Positions 1 through 8,082 of a stretch of 32,650 nucleotides of DNA are shown piece by piece. Source of the DNA: Pseudomonadota bacterium (GTDB taxonomy: Bacteria > Pseudomonadota > Alphaproteobacteria > Elsterales > Elsteraceae); NCBI GenBank assembly GCA_016195115.1, contig JACQAI010000723.1, forward strand, positions 1 through 32,650, in the 5' to 3' direction. The stretch's first letter is position 1; every line of letters begins with the position of its first letter. The position numbers and the translations under genes were made by a program. The notes under the pieces were generated by a model. That model had not been told where the DNA came from. It worked only from the letters and a program-made list of their open reading frames with translations, and searched no databases.

Positions 1-2
1 CC

Positions 3-989
3 GAACGCATCATCGTGCCCGCGGCGCTGAGCCTCAACGGCAACACGATCACCTTGGCCAAGCGCTGGAGCGCGGCGGTGCTGGGCCGTGATCCCGCGGC
101 GGCGCCGCTCTCCGCGCTCGAGACAGCGCGTCGCTTCGCCGCCGTCCTGCGCGAGCGGCACGAGAAACCTCACCTCGCCGTCGTCCACACGTTTTCGACC
201 CACAATCTGCTGCTGCGCTACTGGCTGGCGACCGGCGGCCTCGATCCCGATCGCGACGTGACCTTCACCGTGGTGCCGCCCGCCGAGACGGTCGCCGCGA
301 TGGCCGAGGGCAAGATCGACGGCTTCTGCGCGGGCGCGCCGTGGGGCGAGGTTGCCACGCGCGCCGGCCTCGGCCGCAACGTCGCGACCTCGCACGCGAT
401 CTGGAACCACGGCGCCGAAAAGGCGCTGGCGCTGCGCGAGACCTTGGCCGAACGCCACCCGGACTGGGTGCAGGCCGCGCTGCGCGCCGTGTTGAAGGCG
501 GCCGTCTATTGCGACGTGGCGGACCATGCGCCCGCCGTCGCGGTGCTGCTGGCGCAGCGAAAATATCTGGGCCTGCCCGCCGACGTCATCCTGACCTCGC
601 TGCCCGGTGCGGCGGCGCGCCGGGCGGGGTCGCCGTTCACCGGCACCGACCAATCGGTGTTCTTCGCCAACGCCGCGACGTTTCCGTGGCGATCGCACGC
701 CCAATGGTTCCTGCGCGAGATGGCGCGCTGGGGCTATCTCGACGGCACGATCGATCCGGCCGGCGCGACCGCCGTGTTTCGGCCGGACCTCTATGCGCAG
801 GCCGCGCGCGCGCTCGGCCTGTCCGTGCCGACCGCAAATGACAAGAGCGAGGGCGATCACGCCGACGGCTGGTTGCTGCCGGCGACCCCGGCACCGATCG
901 CGATGGGATCGGACCGGTTTCTGGACGGCGCGCGCTTCGAGCCCGGCGTGTCGGATCTGCGCGCGGATCGACGGCGCGCGCCTGCTTAG
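3..989 (+). CDS. NrtA/NasS-family nitrate/nitrite-binding protein, 5'-truncated by the window edge (probable NasS-type sensor)
   Basis: The frame is open from nt 3 (ERII-VPAALS...), so the GTG at 15 is probably internal. It carries an NrtA/CmpA/NasS-like region (STHNLLLRYWLATGGLDPDRDV..VVPPAETVAAMAEGKIDGFCAGAPWG). Stop is TAG 987-989. It lies directly upstream of a nitrate-assimilation operon, the position NasS takes in nasTS-nas clusters. Confidence 0.7.
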   Translation, partial: ERIIVPAALSLNGNTITLAKRWSAAVLGRDPAAAPLSALETARRFAAVLRERHEKPHLAVVHTFSTHNLLLRYWLATGGLDPDRDVTFTVVPPAETVAAMAEGKIDGFCAGAPWGEVATRAGLGRNVATSHAIWNHGAEKALALRETLAERHPDWVQAALRAVLKAAVYCDVADHAPAVAVLLAQRKYLGLPADVILTSLPGAAARRAGSPFTGTDQSVFFANAATFPWRSHAQWFLREMARWGYLDGTIDPAGATAVFRPDLYAQAARALGLSVPTANDKSEGDHADGWLLPATPAPIAMGSDRFLDGARFEPGVSDLRADRRRAPA

Positions 990-1076
990 CGTTCTTGCAC
1001 TGCACAAAAGTCTGCCGCTGCGCCTACAAACCGGGCGCTCCTCGGCCGGTGCGCCGCAAAATCGTCGGGCTTTGCC

Positions 1077-1093
1077 CTGGCACGCCGTTGGCA
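1077..1093 (+). promoter_or_regulatory. Candidate sigma-54 (RpoN) -24/-12 promoter for the narK operon
   Basis: The sequence cTGGCACGccgtTGGCA has GG at 1079-1080 and GC at 1091-1092, separated by exactly 10 nt. It matches TGGCACG-N4-TTGCW except for one position in the -12 box. Nitrogen-regulated nas operons are classically NtrC/sigma-54 dependent. Tandem TGCAC pentamers at 996-1005 are a weak hint of an activator site. Confidence 0.45.
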
Positions 1094-1151
1094 CGGGCTT
1101 TGCGCAGATGGGCGTGTGCCTCCGCGCGACGACGCCGCGCGAGGACTGGTC

Positions 1152-1228
1152 GGCCCCAATGGCGGGGCTCGCCACCAAGGACGGATCGCTCCGTCCAGAT
1201 CATGGCTCGTGAACCAAGGGCGGTTCAC
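1152..1228 (+). promoter_or_regulatory. Leader RNA with three tandem hexaloop hairpins (candidate ANTAR/NasT target)
   Basis: H1 is 1152-1169 (stem GCCCC/GGGGC plus a G.U pair, loop AAUGGC). H2 is 1179-1196 (GGACGG/CCGUCC, loop AUCGCU). H3 is 1209-1228 (GUGAACC/GGUUCAC, loop AAGGGC). All three loops are 6 nt with A at position 1 and G at position 4. Spacers are 9 and 12 nt. Confidence 0.5.
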
Positions 1229-1353
1229 TGCGGAAACCCGGATTCGTCGTCGATTGGATGAGCCAGCCGAGCGCGATCGTTCGGGCGCGACGGCCGGGCA
1301 TCAACCGCACGCGGAAACCTCGAACCGACCTTGATTGAAGAGGGACAGAGCTG

Positions 1354-2742
1354 ATGAGCACGCGCAAGACGACCTGGATCTCGGACTGGAATCCGGAGGA
1401 CGAGAAATACTGGGAGACCAAGGGCAAGGCGGTCGCCCGGCGCAACCTGATCTTCTCCATCCTGGCCGAGCATCTCGGTTTCTCGATCTGGTTGGTCTGG
1501 AGCATCGTCGCGACCAAGCTGCCGCAGGCCGGCTTCAACTACACGACCGACCAGCTGTTCCAGCTGGTGGCGCTGCCCGGCCTGATCGGCTCGCTGATCC
1601 GCTTCCCCTACACGTTCGCGGTGCCGATCATCGGCGGCCGCAACTGGACGATCATCAGCGCCGCGATCCTCTTCATTCCGACCATCCTGCTCGCCTATTT
1701 CGTGACCCGGCCCGAGACGCCGTTCGGCCTGATGCTGATCGTCGCCGCGACCGCCGGGGTCGGCGGCGGCAACTTCGCCTCCAGCATGGCGAACATCTCG
1801 TTCTTCTATCCGGATCGCATGAAAGGCTGGGCGCTCGGCCTCAATGCCGCCGGCGGCAACATCGGCGTCAGCGGCGTCCAGCTGCTGACGCCGATGCTGA
1901 TCGGCGTCGGCTGGGTCAGCCTCTACATGGCGGAGCCGCAGGGCAAGACCGGGCTGTATCTGCAGAACGCCGGGCTGATGTGGCTGCCCTTGATCGCGAT
2001 CGCGGTGTTCTGCGCCTGGCGCTACATGGACAACCTCACCTCGGCGCGATCGACGTTCAAGGACCAGCTCGTCATCGTCAAGCGCAAGCACACCTGGGTG
2101 ATGTCCTACATCTACATCGGGACCTTCGGCTCGTTCATCGGCTACTCGGCGGCGTTCCCGCTGCTGCTCAAGACGCAGTTCCCGACGATCACGGTCGCCA
2201 TCGCCTTCCTCGGGCCGCTGGTCGGCTCGCTCAGCCGTCCGGTCGGCGGCTGGCTCGCCGACAAGCTCGGCGGCGCGCTGGTGACGTTCTGGAACTTCGT
2301 CGTCATGGCCGCCGCGACCGTCGGCGTCATGTACTTCATCGACGCCAAGAGCTTCGAGGGCTTCCTCGCGATGTTCCTGATCCTGTTCGTTGCCACCGGC
2401 GTCGGCAACGGCTCGACCTACCGGATGATCCCGTCGATCTTCCGCGAAGCGAAGCTCCGGCAGTCGAAGGTCACGGACGGCACGGCGCGCCTGCAGGCGA
2501 TCAAAGCCGCCAGCATCGAGAGCGCGGCGGCGCTGGGATTCATCGGCGCGGTCGGCGCGTGCGGCGGCTACCTGATCCCGCGCGGCTTCGGCGCCTCGAT
2601 CTCGATCTCCGGCGGGCCTCATTTGGCGCTGGCCGTGTTCCTGACGTTCTACGTCACCTGCATCGCGATGACGTGGTGGTACTACATGCGCAAGAGCTTC
2701 ATGGCGCAGGTCGCACCGAGCCTCGCCGCCGCCCGCGTGTGA
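1354..2742 (+). CDS. narK: MFS nitrate/nitrite transporter NarK
   Basis: 462 aa. ATG at 1354 is preceded by GAAGAGGGA. The N-terminus is NarK-type (WNPEDEKYWETKGKAVARRNLIFSILAEHLGFSIWLVW), with multiple hydrophobic helices throughout. Stop is TGA 2740-2742. Confidence 0.95.
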   Translation: MSTRKTTWISDWNPEDEKYWETKGKAVARRNLIFSILAEHLGFSIWLVWSIVATKLPQAGFNYTTDQLFQLVALPGLIGSLIRFPYTFAVPIIGGRNWTIISAAILFIPTILLAYFVTRPETPFGLMLIVAATAGVGGGNFASSMANISFFYPDRMKGWALGLNAAGGNIGVSGVQLLTPMLIGVGWVSLYMAEPQGKTGLYLQNAGLMWLPLIAIAVFCAWRYMDNLTSARSTFKDQLVIVKRKHTWVMSYIYIGTFGSFIGYSAAFPLLLKTQFPTITVAIAFLGPLVGSLSRPVGGWLADKLGGALVTFWNFVVMAAATVGVMYFIDAKSFEGFLAMFLILFVATGVGNGSTYRMIPSIFREAKLRQSKVTDGTARLQAIKAASIESAAALGFIGAVGACGGYLIPRGFGASISISGGPHLALAVFLTFYVTCIAMTWWYYMRKSFMAQVAPSLAAARV

Positions 2743-2750
2743 CCAAGACG

Positions 2751-4064
2751 ATGACCGCCATGCCGCGCCGGCGCGAACGTCTGGTCGTCGTCGGCAACGG
2801 CATGGCGGGGATGCGCACGGTCGAGGCGCTGCTGGCGCACGCGCCCGACCGCTGCGACATCACCGTCATCGGCGCCGAGCCGCATCCCAACTACAACCGG
2901 ATCCTGCTGTCGGCCGTGCTGGCCGGCGAGAAGACGCTCGACGAGATCGTCGTCAATCCACGCGGCTGGTACGACGAACGCGGAATCCGGCTGGTCGCGG
3001 GAGATCCGGCGACGGCGATCTCCCGCACCGCGAAGACCGTGACCTTGGCCGGCGGCGAAACCATCGCCTACGACACGTTGCTGCTGGCGACCGGATCCAA
3101 GCCGCTGGCGCCGCCGATCCCGGGGCTCGGGCTGCCCGGGGTTCGCGCCTTCCGCGACATCGCCGATGTCGAGGCGATGATCGCGGCCGCCCGCGACCAC
3201 CGCCGCGCGGTGGTGATCGGGGGTGGGCTGCTCGGTCTCGAGGCGGCCTGGGGGCTGAAGCGCCGCGGCATGTCGGTCACGGTGGTGCACTTGATGCCGA
3301 CCTTGATGGAGCGCCAGCTCGACGGCGCCGCGGGCGAGCTGCTGCGCCGCGATCTGGACGCCCGGGGCATCGACGTCATCACCAACGCCCAGACCGAGGA
3401 AATCCTCGGGGCCGCGCGCGCCGAAGGCGTGCTGCTGGCCGACGGCCGCGAGATCCCGGCCGATTTCGTCGTGTTGGCGATCGGCATCCGTCCGAACATC
3501 GAGCTGGCGCGCGCCGCCAAGCTCGCGGTCAATCGCGGCATCCTGGTCGGCGACGACATGCGCACCAGCGATCCGGACATCTTCGCGGTCGGCGAATGCA
3601 TCGAGCACAACGGCCAGGTGTTCGGCTTGGTGGCGCCGATTTGGCAGCAGGCGACGGTATGCGGAGCGCGGCTGGCCGGCGATCAAATCGCCGTCTACCA
3701 GCCGCCGCCGGTGTTCACCAGCCTCAAGATCACCGGCATCGACGTGTTCTCGGCGGGTGCGCTGGCGGCCGCCGATGACGCCGACGACGAGATCACGCTG
3801 CACGACGCCCAGCACGGCATCTACAAGAAGGTGATCGTGCGCGACGACCGGGTGGTCGGCAGCGTGCTGTATGGCAGCGCCGCCGACGGGGTTTGGCACG
3901 TCGAGCTCATCCGCGACAAGGTTGATGTCGCGGCCTATCGCGACCAGCTGGTGTTCGGTCGCGAATTCGCCGAGCGCGCCGTCGCGACGCCGTCAGACGA
4001 CGACGAGATCGGCGCCGACCACGCGCCGGTCGCGGTCGCCGTGCTGCGGGAGCAAGCGGCCTGA
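2751..4064 (+). CDS. FAD-dependent NAD(P)H oxidoreductase (NirB N-terminal-like; Flp / nitrate-reductase electron-transfer subunit)
   Basis: It has a Rossmann motif (LVVVGNGMAGMRTVEALL), a second dinucleotide fold (AVVIGGGLLGLEAAWGL) and a GD motif (IFAVGECIEH), with no sirohaem domain. Start is ATG 2751. The alternative is GTG 2739, which overlaps the narK stop. The upstream 470 aa of track ORF 1335-4064 is out-of-frame read-through over narK. Confidence 0.9.
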   Translation: MTAMPRRRERLVVVGNGMAGMRTVEALLAHAPDRCDITVIGAEPHPNYNRILLSAVLAGEKTLDEIVVNPRGWYDERGIRLVAGDPATAISRTAKTVTLAGGETIAYDTLLLATGSKPLAPPIPGLGLPGVRAFRDIADVEAMIAAARDHRRAVVIGGGLLGLEAAWGLKRRGMSVTVVHLMPTLMERQLDGAAGELLRRDLDARGIDVITNAQTEEILGAARAEGVLLADGREIPADFVVLAIGIRPNIELARAAKLAVNRGILVGDDMRTSDPDIFAVGECIEHNGQVFGLVAPIWQQATVCGARLAGDQIAVYQPPPVFTSLKITGIDVFSAGALAAADDADDEITLHDAQHGIYKKVIVRDDRVVGSVLYGSAADGVWHVELIRDKVDVAAYRDQLVFGREFAERAVATPSDDDEIGADHAPVAVAVLREQAA

Positions 4065-6739
4065 CCCGCACCACCTGTCCCTATTGCGGCGTCGGCTGCG
4101 GCCTGACGATCGCGGCCGACGGCAGCGTTGCGGGCGACCCCGATCACCCCGCCAACCGCGGTCGGCTGTGCTCGAAGGGCGCCGCGCTCGCCGACACGCT
4201 CACGGCCGAGGGGCGCCTGCTCGAGCCGCAGATCGACGGTCGGCCAGCCAGTTGGGATGACGCGCTCGATCGCATCGCGGCGCGGTTCGCCGAGACCATC
4301 GCGGCGCATGGGCCGGACGCGGTCGCCTTCTACATGTCCGGCCAGTTCCTGACCGAGGACTACTACGTCGCCAACAAGCTGATGAAGGGCTTCCTCGGCA
4401 GCGCCAACATCGACACCAATTCACGGCTCTGCATGGCCTCGTCGGTCGCCGGGCACATCCGCGCCTTCGGCGAGGATGTCGTCCCGGGGAGCTACGACGA
4501 CCTAGAGGAAGCCGATCTCGTCATCCTGGTCGGCAGCAATGCCGCCTGGTGCCATCCGGTCCTCTATCAGCGTCTCGTCGCCGCCAAGGCCGCCCGCGGC
4601 ACCAAGATCGTCGTGATCGACCCGCGGCGCACGGCGAGCTGCGACATCGCCGACCTTCACCTGGCGATCCGCCCCGGCACCGACGTCGCGATCTTTGCGG
4701 CGCTGCTCGGGCATCTGGTCGACCGCGGCGCCTGCGATCACGACTGGATCCAGGCGCGCACGACCGGCTTCGCCGACGCCGTCGCGGCCGCCCGGTCGGC
4801 CGCGCCGTCGCTCGCCGATGCCGCCGCCATCGCCGATATTCCGCCGGGCGCGCTCGAGACCTTCGCCGCCTGGTTCGCCGCGACCGAGCGCACCATGACG
4901 CTGTATTCGCAAGGCGTGAACCAGTCGTCCGCCGGCACCGACAAGGTCAACGCGATCATCAACTGCCATCTCGCGACCGGTCGCATCGGCCGCCCCGGCA
5001 CCGGGCCCTTCTCCTTGACCGGCCAGCCCAACGCGATGGGCGGCCGCGAGGTCGGTGGCCTCGCCAACCAGCTCGCCGCGCATATGAGCTTTGCCGACCC
5101 GTCCGATGTCGACCGGGTGCGGCGGTTCTGGCAGGCGCCCTACATAGCGACCCGCCCCGGACTGAAAGCGGTCGACCTGTTCGACGCCATGCTCGACGGC
5201 AAGGTCAAGGCGGTGTGGGTCCTCGCCACCAACCCGGCGGCCAGCATGCCGCGCGCCGAGCGCGTGCGCGCCGCGCTCGCCGCCTGTCCGTTCGTCGTGG
5301 TCGGCGATTGCTGGCCGACCGACACCACGCAGCTTGCCGACGTCGTGCTTCCAGCGGCCGGCTGGAGCGAGAAGGACGGCACGGTCACCAACTCGGAACG
5401 CTGCATTTCGCGCCAGCGCGCGTTTCGTGCCCCGCCGGGGGCGGCGCGGCCGGACTGGTGGATGCTGAGCGAGGTGGCGCGGCGCATGGGCTGGCGCGCC
5501 GCGTTCCCGTATCGGCGCCCTGCCGAGATCTTCCGCGAGCATGCCGCGCTGTCCGCCTTCGAGAACGGCGCGCCGAAGCGACGACTGTTCGACATCGGCG
5601 CGCTGTCGGAGCTCAGCGACGACGATTACGAGCGGCTGTCGCCGGTGACGTGGCCGCTGCCGCGCGGCACGGCCGCGCCGTGGTCGGGCGCCAAGCGGCT
5701 GTTCGGCGACGGCCAGCGGTTCTCCAACGACGACGGTCGCGCGCGCTTGGTCGCCACGCCGTATCGCCCGGTCGCCGCGCCGCCCGATGACGAATGGCCG
5801 CTGGTGCTGAACACCGGGCGGCTGCGCGACCAGTGGCATACCATGACGCGCACCGGCCGCGTGGCGCGGTTGCTGGCGCACCGGCGCGAGCCGCTGCTCG
5901 AGGTTCATCCCGCTGATGCCGCGCGACATTGTCTGGTCGACGGCGGTCTGGCGCGGGTCGCCAGCCGTCATGGCGCGACCGTCATGCCGGTGTGCCTGTC
6001 GCCCGAGCAACGCCCGGGCGAGGTGTTCGCCCCGATGCATTGGACCGACCGGTTCACCTCCGCCGGTCCGATCGATCGGGTGGTCGGCGCCGCGACCGAT
6101 CCGGTCTCCGGACAGCCCGAGCTGAAAGCCACCCCGGTGCGCGTGACGCCGGTCGTGCCGCGATGGCATGGCCTGCTGATGCGCGGCTCGGATCGACCGC
6201 CGCAGGGCGAGTTCTACTGGGCGCGCGTTCCCGTGGAGCGCGGACATGCGTTCACGCTCGCCGGCTGGCAGACGCTCCCCGCGGGGTCCAGCGCCGCGGC
6301 CTGGATCGCGGCGCTGCTCGACACCGAGCCATCGGCCGAGTTGGTGACCTACGCCGATCCCGGCCGCGGCACGTTCCGCTGGGCTAGCGTCGTCGACGGC
6401 CGTCTGGACGCCTGCCTGTTTCTCGCCCGCAGCGCCGCCGCGCTGCCGCCGCAAGAGTGGCTCGTGCCGCTCGGCGGCGGCGTCGCGCCCGAGATGCGCA
6501 CGGGTCTGCTGGCCGGGCTACCCGCCAGCGCGGTGGCCGCGGGTCATCCGGGCGCCACCGTTTGCGCGTGTTTCGGCGTCGGTATCCGGACACTGCAGCG
6601 CGCGATCGCCACCCGCCGGCTCGCCAGCATCGCGGAGATCGGCAGCGTCTTGCGCGCCGGAACCAATTGCGGGTCATGCATCCCGGAGCTTAGGGCGATC
6701 CTGGGCGACGCCCGCGCGGGCAGCAACACGGCCGCGTAA
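4061..6739 (+). CDS. nasC: Assimilatory nitrate reductase catalytic subunit (Mo-bisMGD, NasC/NasA type, with C-terminal BFD-like 2Fe-2S domain)
   Basis: An N-terminal 4Fe-4S motif (TTCPYCGVGCG...CSKG; Cys codons at 4076, 4085, 4097, 4169) lies upstream of the first ATG at 4334. The molybdopterin-oxidoreductase body follows. The C-terminus has CACFGVG...GTNCGSCIPEL. The start is assigned to CTG 4061, which overlaps the upstream TGA; see findings. Confidence 0.85.
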   Translation: MTRTTCPYCGVGCGLTIAADGSVAGDPDHPANRGRLCSKGAALADTLTAEGRLLEPQIDGRPASWDDALDRIAARFAETIAAHGPDAVAFYMSGQFLTEDYYVANKLMKGFLGSANIDTNSRLCMASSVAGHIRAFGEDVVPGSYDDLEEADLVILVGSNAAWCHPVLYQRLVAAKAARGTKIVVIDPRRTASCDIADLHLAIRPGTDVAIFAALLGHLVDRGACDHDWIQARTTGFADAVAAARSAAPSLADAAAIADIPPGALETFAAWFAATERTMTLYSQGVNQSSAGTDKVNAIINCHLATGRIGRPGTGPFSLTGQPNAMGGREVGGLANQLAAHMSFADPSDVDRVRRFWQAPYIATRPGLKAVDLFDAMLDGKVKAVWVLATNPAASMPRAERVRAALAACPFVVVGDCWPTDTTQLADVVLPAAGWSEKDGTVTNSERCISRQRAFRAPPGAARPDWWMLSEVARRMGWRAAFPYRRPAEIFREHAALSAFENGAPKRRLFDIGALSELSDDDYERLSPVTWPLPRGTAAPWSGAKRLFGDGQRFSNDDGRARLVATPYRPVAAPPDDEWPLVLNTGRLRDQWHTMTRTGRVARLLAHRREPLLEVHPADAARHCLVDGGLARVASRHGATVMPVCLSPEQRPGEVFAPMHWTDRFTSAGPIDRVVGAATDPVSGQPELKATPVRVTPVVPRWHGLLMRGSDRPPQGEFYWARVPVERGHAFTLAGWQTLPAGSSAAAWIAALLDTEPSAELVTYADPGRGTFRWASVVDGRLDACLFLARSAAALPPQEWLVPLGGGVAPEMRTGLLAGLPASAVAAGHPGATVCACFGVGIRTLQRAIATRRLASIAEIGSVLRAGTNCGSCIPELRAILGDARAGSNTAA

Positions 6740-6800
6740 ATAGGTCGACGTGCAACGGGAGGAACCGAAAGGAGCTCGACCCGACAGGAGGCCCACCGAC

Positions 6801-7211
6801 ATGACACCCGAGCACGTCAAGCTGGTGAAGGAGAGCTTCGCCAAGGTCGCGCCCATCGCGCCGCAAGCGGCGGCCCTGTTTTACGGCCGGCTGTTCGAGA
6901 TCGCGCCCGAGGTCAAACCGCTGTTCAAGGGCGACATCACCGAGCAGGGCCGCAAGCTGATGCAGGTCATCGGCATGGCGGTGGGCGGGCTCGACGACCT
7001 GCCCACGCTGGTTCCGGCGGTGCAGGATCTCGGCCGCCGCCATGTCCGCTACGGCGTCACCGACGCGCACTACGGCGTGGTCGCCGAGGCGCTCCTGTGG
7101 ACGCTCGGCCAAGGCCTGGGCGACGGTTTCACGCCCGCCGTCAAGCAGGCGTGGACCGTGGTCTACACCGTGCTGGCCGACACCATGAAGCAGGCCGCCA
7201 AGACCGCCTGA
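6801..7211 (+). CDS. Single-domain bacterial haemoglobin (Bjgb-like)
   Basis: 136 aa. ATG 6801 follows AGGAGG (6786-6791). The globin-fold pattern is VKESFAKVAP...AALFYGRLFEIAPEVKPLF...LGRRHVRYGV..HYGVVAEALLWTL. It is the last gene of the nas operon. Confidence 0.85.
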   Translation: MTPEHVKLVKESFAKVAPIAPQAAALFYGRLFEIAPEVKPLFKGDITEQGRKLMQVIGMAVGGLDDLPTLVPAVQDLGRRHVRYGVTDAHYGVVAEALLWTLGQGLGDGFTPAVKQAWTVVYTVLADTMKQAAKTA

Positions 7212-7281
7212 TCGACGCCACGCCTCGCGTCCGCCGGGTTTGTCCCTATGATGGCGCCCCGGGAGAAGCAGAGGCGACGCG

Positions 7282-8082
7282 GTGCTGACGACGCTCGATC
7301 GATGGCTGAGCCGCGGCCTGAGCACGGCGCTGGCGTGCGTCGGCGGCTGGCCGCTGGTCGGCGTGCGCCTGCACCAGCTGTTCGCGCGGCTGCTGCCGAT
7401 CCGCCGCTTCACGGTGCGCGGCGTCGCGATCACCTGCGCGCTGCCGCTGCACCAGGTCGGCACCCGGCTCGAGGCCTACGCCTGGAGCGCGCGCGAGCCC
7501 GAGGTGCTCGACTGGATCGACGGCTTCGTCGCTGACGCGATCTTTTTCGACATCGGCGCCAACTTCGGCACCGAGACGCTCTACGCCGCGCTCAAGCCAG
7601 GTGGGCCCAAGCGCATCTGCGCCTTCGACGCCGAGTTGATCGGCAGCTACAACTTGGCCCTCAACCTGACGCTCAACCGCATCACCCACGTCGACAACTA
7701 CGTCGTCGACGTCGGTGATCGCTCGGGCTTCGTGGCGCTGCCCGAGAACCTGAACTACCTGCACGTCGCCGACCTCGGCAAATACGCGCGCTCGACCAAG
7801 CACCTCCGGATGATCGCGATCGACGACTTCGTCGCCGAGACCGGCCTCAGCCCGGGCTACGTCAAGATCGACGTCGACGGGCCGGAGCGCGCGATCGTCG
7901 AGGGCATGCGCCAAACCTTGCGCGACCCGCGCCTGCGCTCGCTGATGATCGAGATCAACGATACCGAGAGCCACTCCGCGATTACTCGGCTGCTCGCCGA
8001 CGCCGGCTTCGCCGAGCGGCCACGCACGCACCGCAACGCCTACAATCACATCTACGAGCGGCCGGCCGGATCGACTACTTGA
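7282..8082 (+). CDS. FkbM-family SAM-dependent methyltransferase
   Basis: 266 aa with a GTG start. It has the FkbM signature FFDIGANFGTETLY and a later KIDVDGPE motif. The antisense ORF 7246-8049 is a shadow ORF. Confidence 0.8.
   Translation: MLTTLDRWLSRGLSTALACVGGWPLVGVRLHQLFARLLPIRRFTVRGVAITCALPLHQVGTRLEAYAWSAREPEVLDWIDGFVADAIFFDIGANFGTETLYAALKPGGPKRICAFDAELIGSYNLALNLTLNRITHVDNYVVDVGDRSGFVALPENLNYLHVADLGKYARSTKHLRMIAIDDFVAETGLSPGYVKIDVDGPERAIVEGMRQTLRDPRLRSLMIEINDTESHSAITRLLADAGFAERPRTHRNAYNHIYERPAGSTT

Noticed and set aside
1229-1353. Search for an intrinsic terminator downstream of the hexaloop hairpins
   Set aside because: No GC stem followed by a U-tract was found by eye. The 1267-1284 hairpin lacks a U-tract, so I did not annotate a terminator.
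1225-2622. 465-aa minus-strand ORF antisense to narK. Similar long antisense ORFs occur at 4502-6454, 9729-10703, 11492-12445, 14147-15607, 16116-18182, 18020-19477, 19122-21206, 21620-22828, 22605-24305, 24372-25364, 25907-26953, 29001-30200 and 31230-32600.
   Set aside because: Their extreme Arg/Gly/Ala/Pro/Asp composition and lack of recognisable motifs mark them as shadow ORFs, which are expected in ~70% GC DNA. In every case the opposite strand carries a gene with clear family signatures.
1335-4064. 909-aa ORF suggesting a giant fusion protein across narK and the FAD reductase
   Set aside because: The first ~470 aa are an out-of-frame read over narK with shadow-type composition. The reductase Rossmann motif begins right after ATG 2751.
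8075-8082. 8-nt convergent overlap of the FkbM methyltransferase and dienelactone hydrolase 3' ends
   Set aside because: Short convergent stop-region overlaps are common in compact high-GC genomes. There is no additional structure to suggest regulation.
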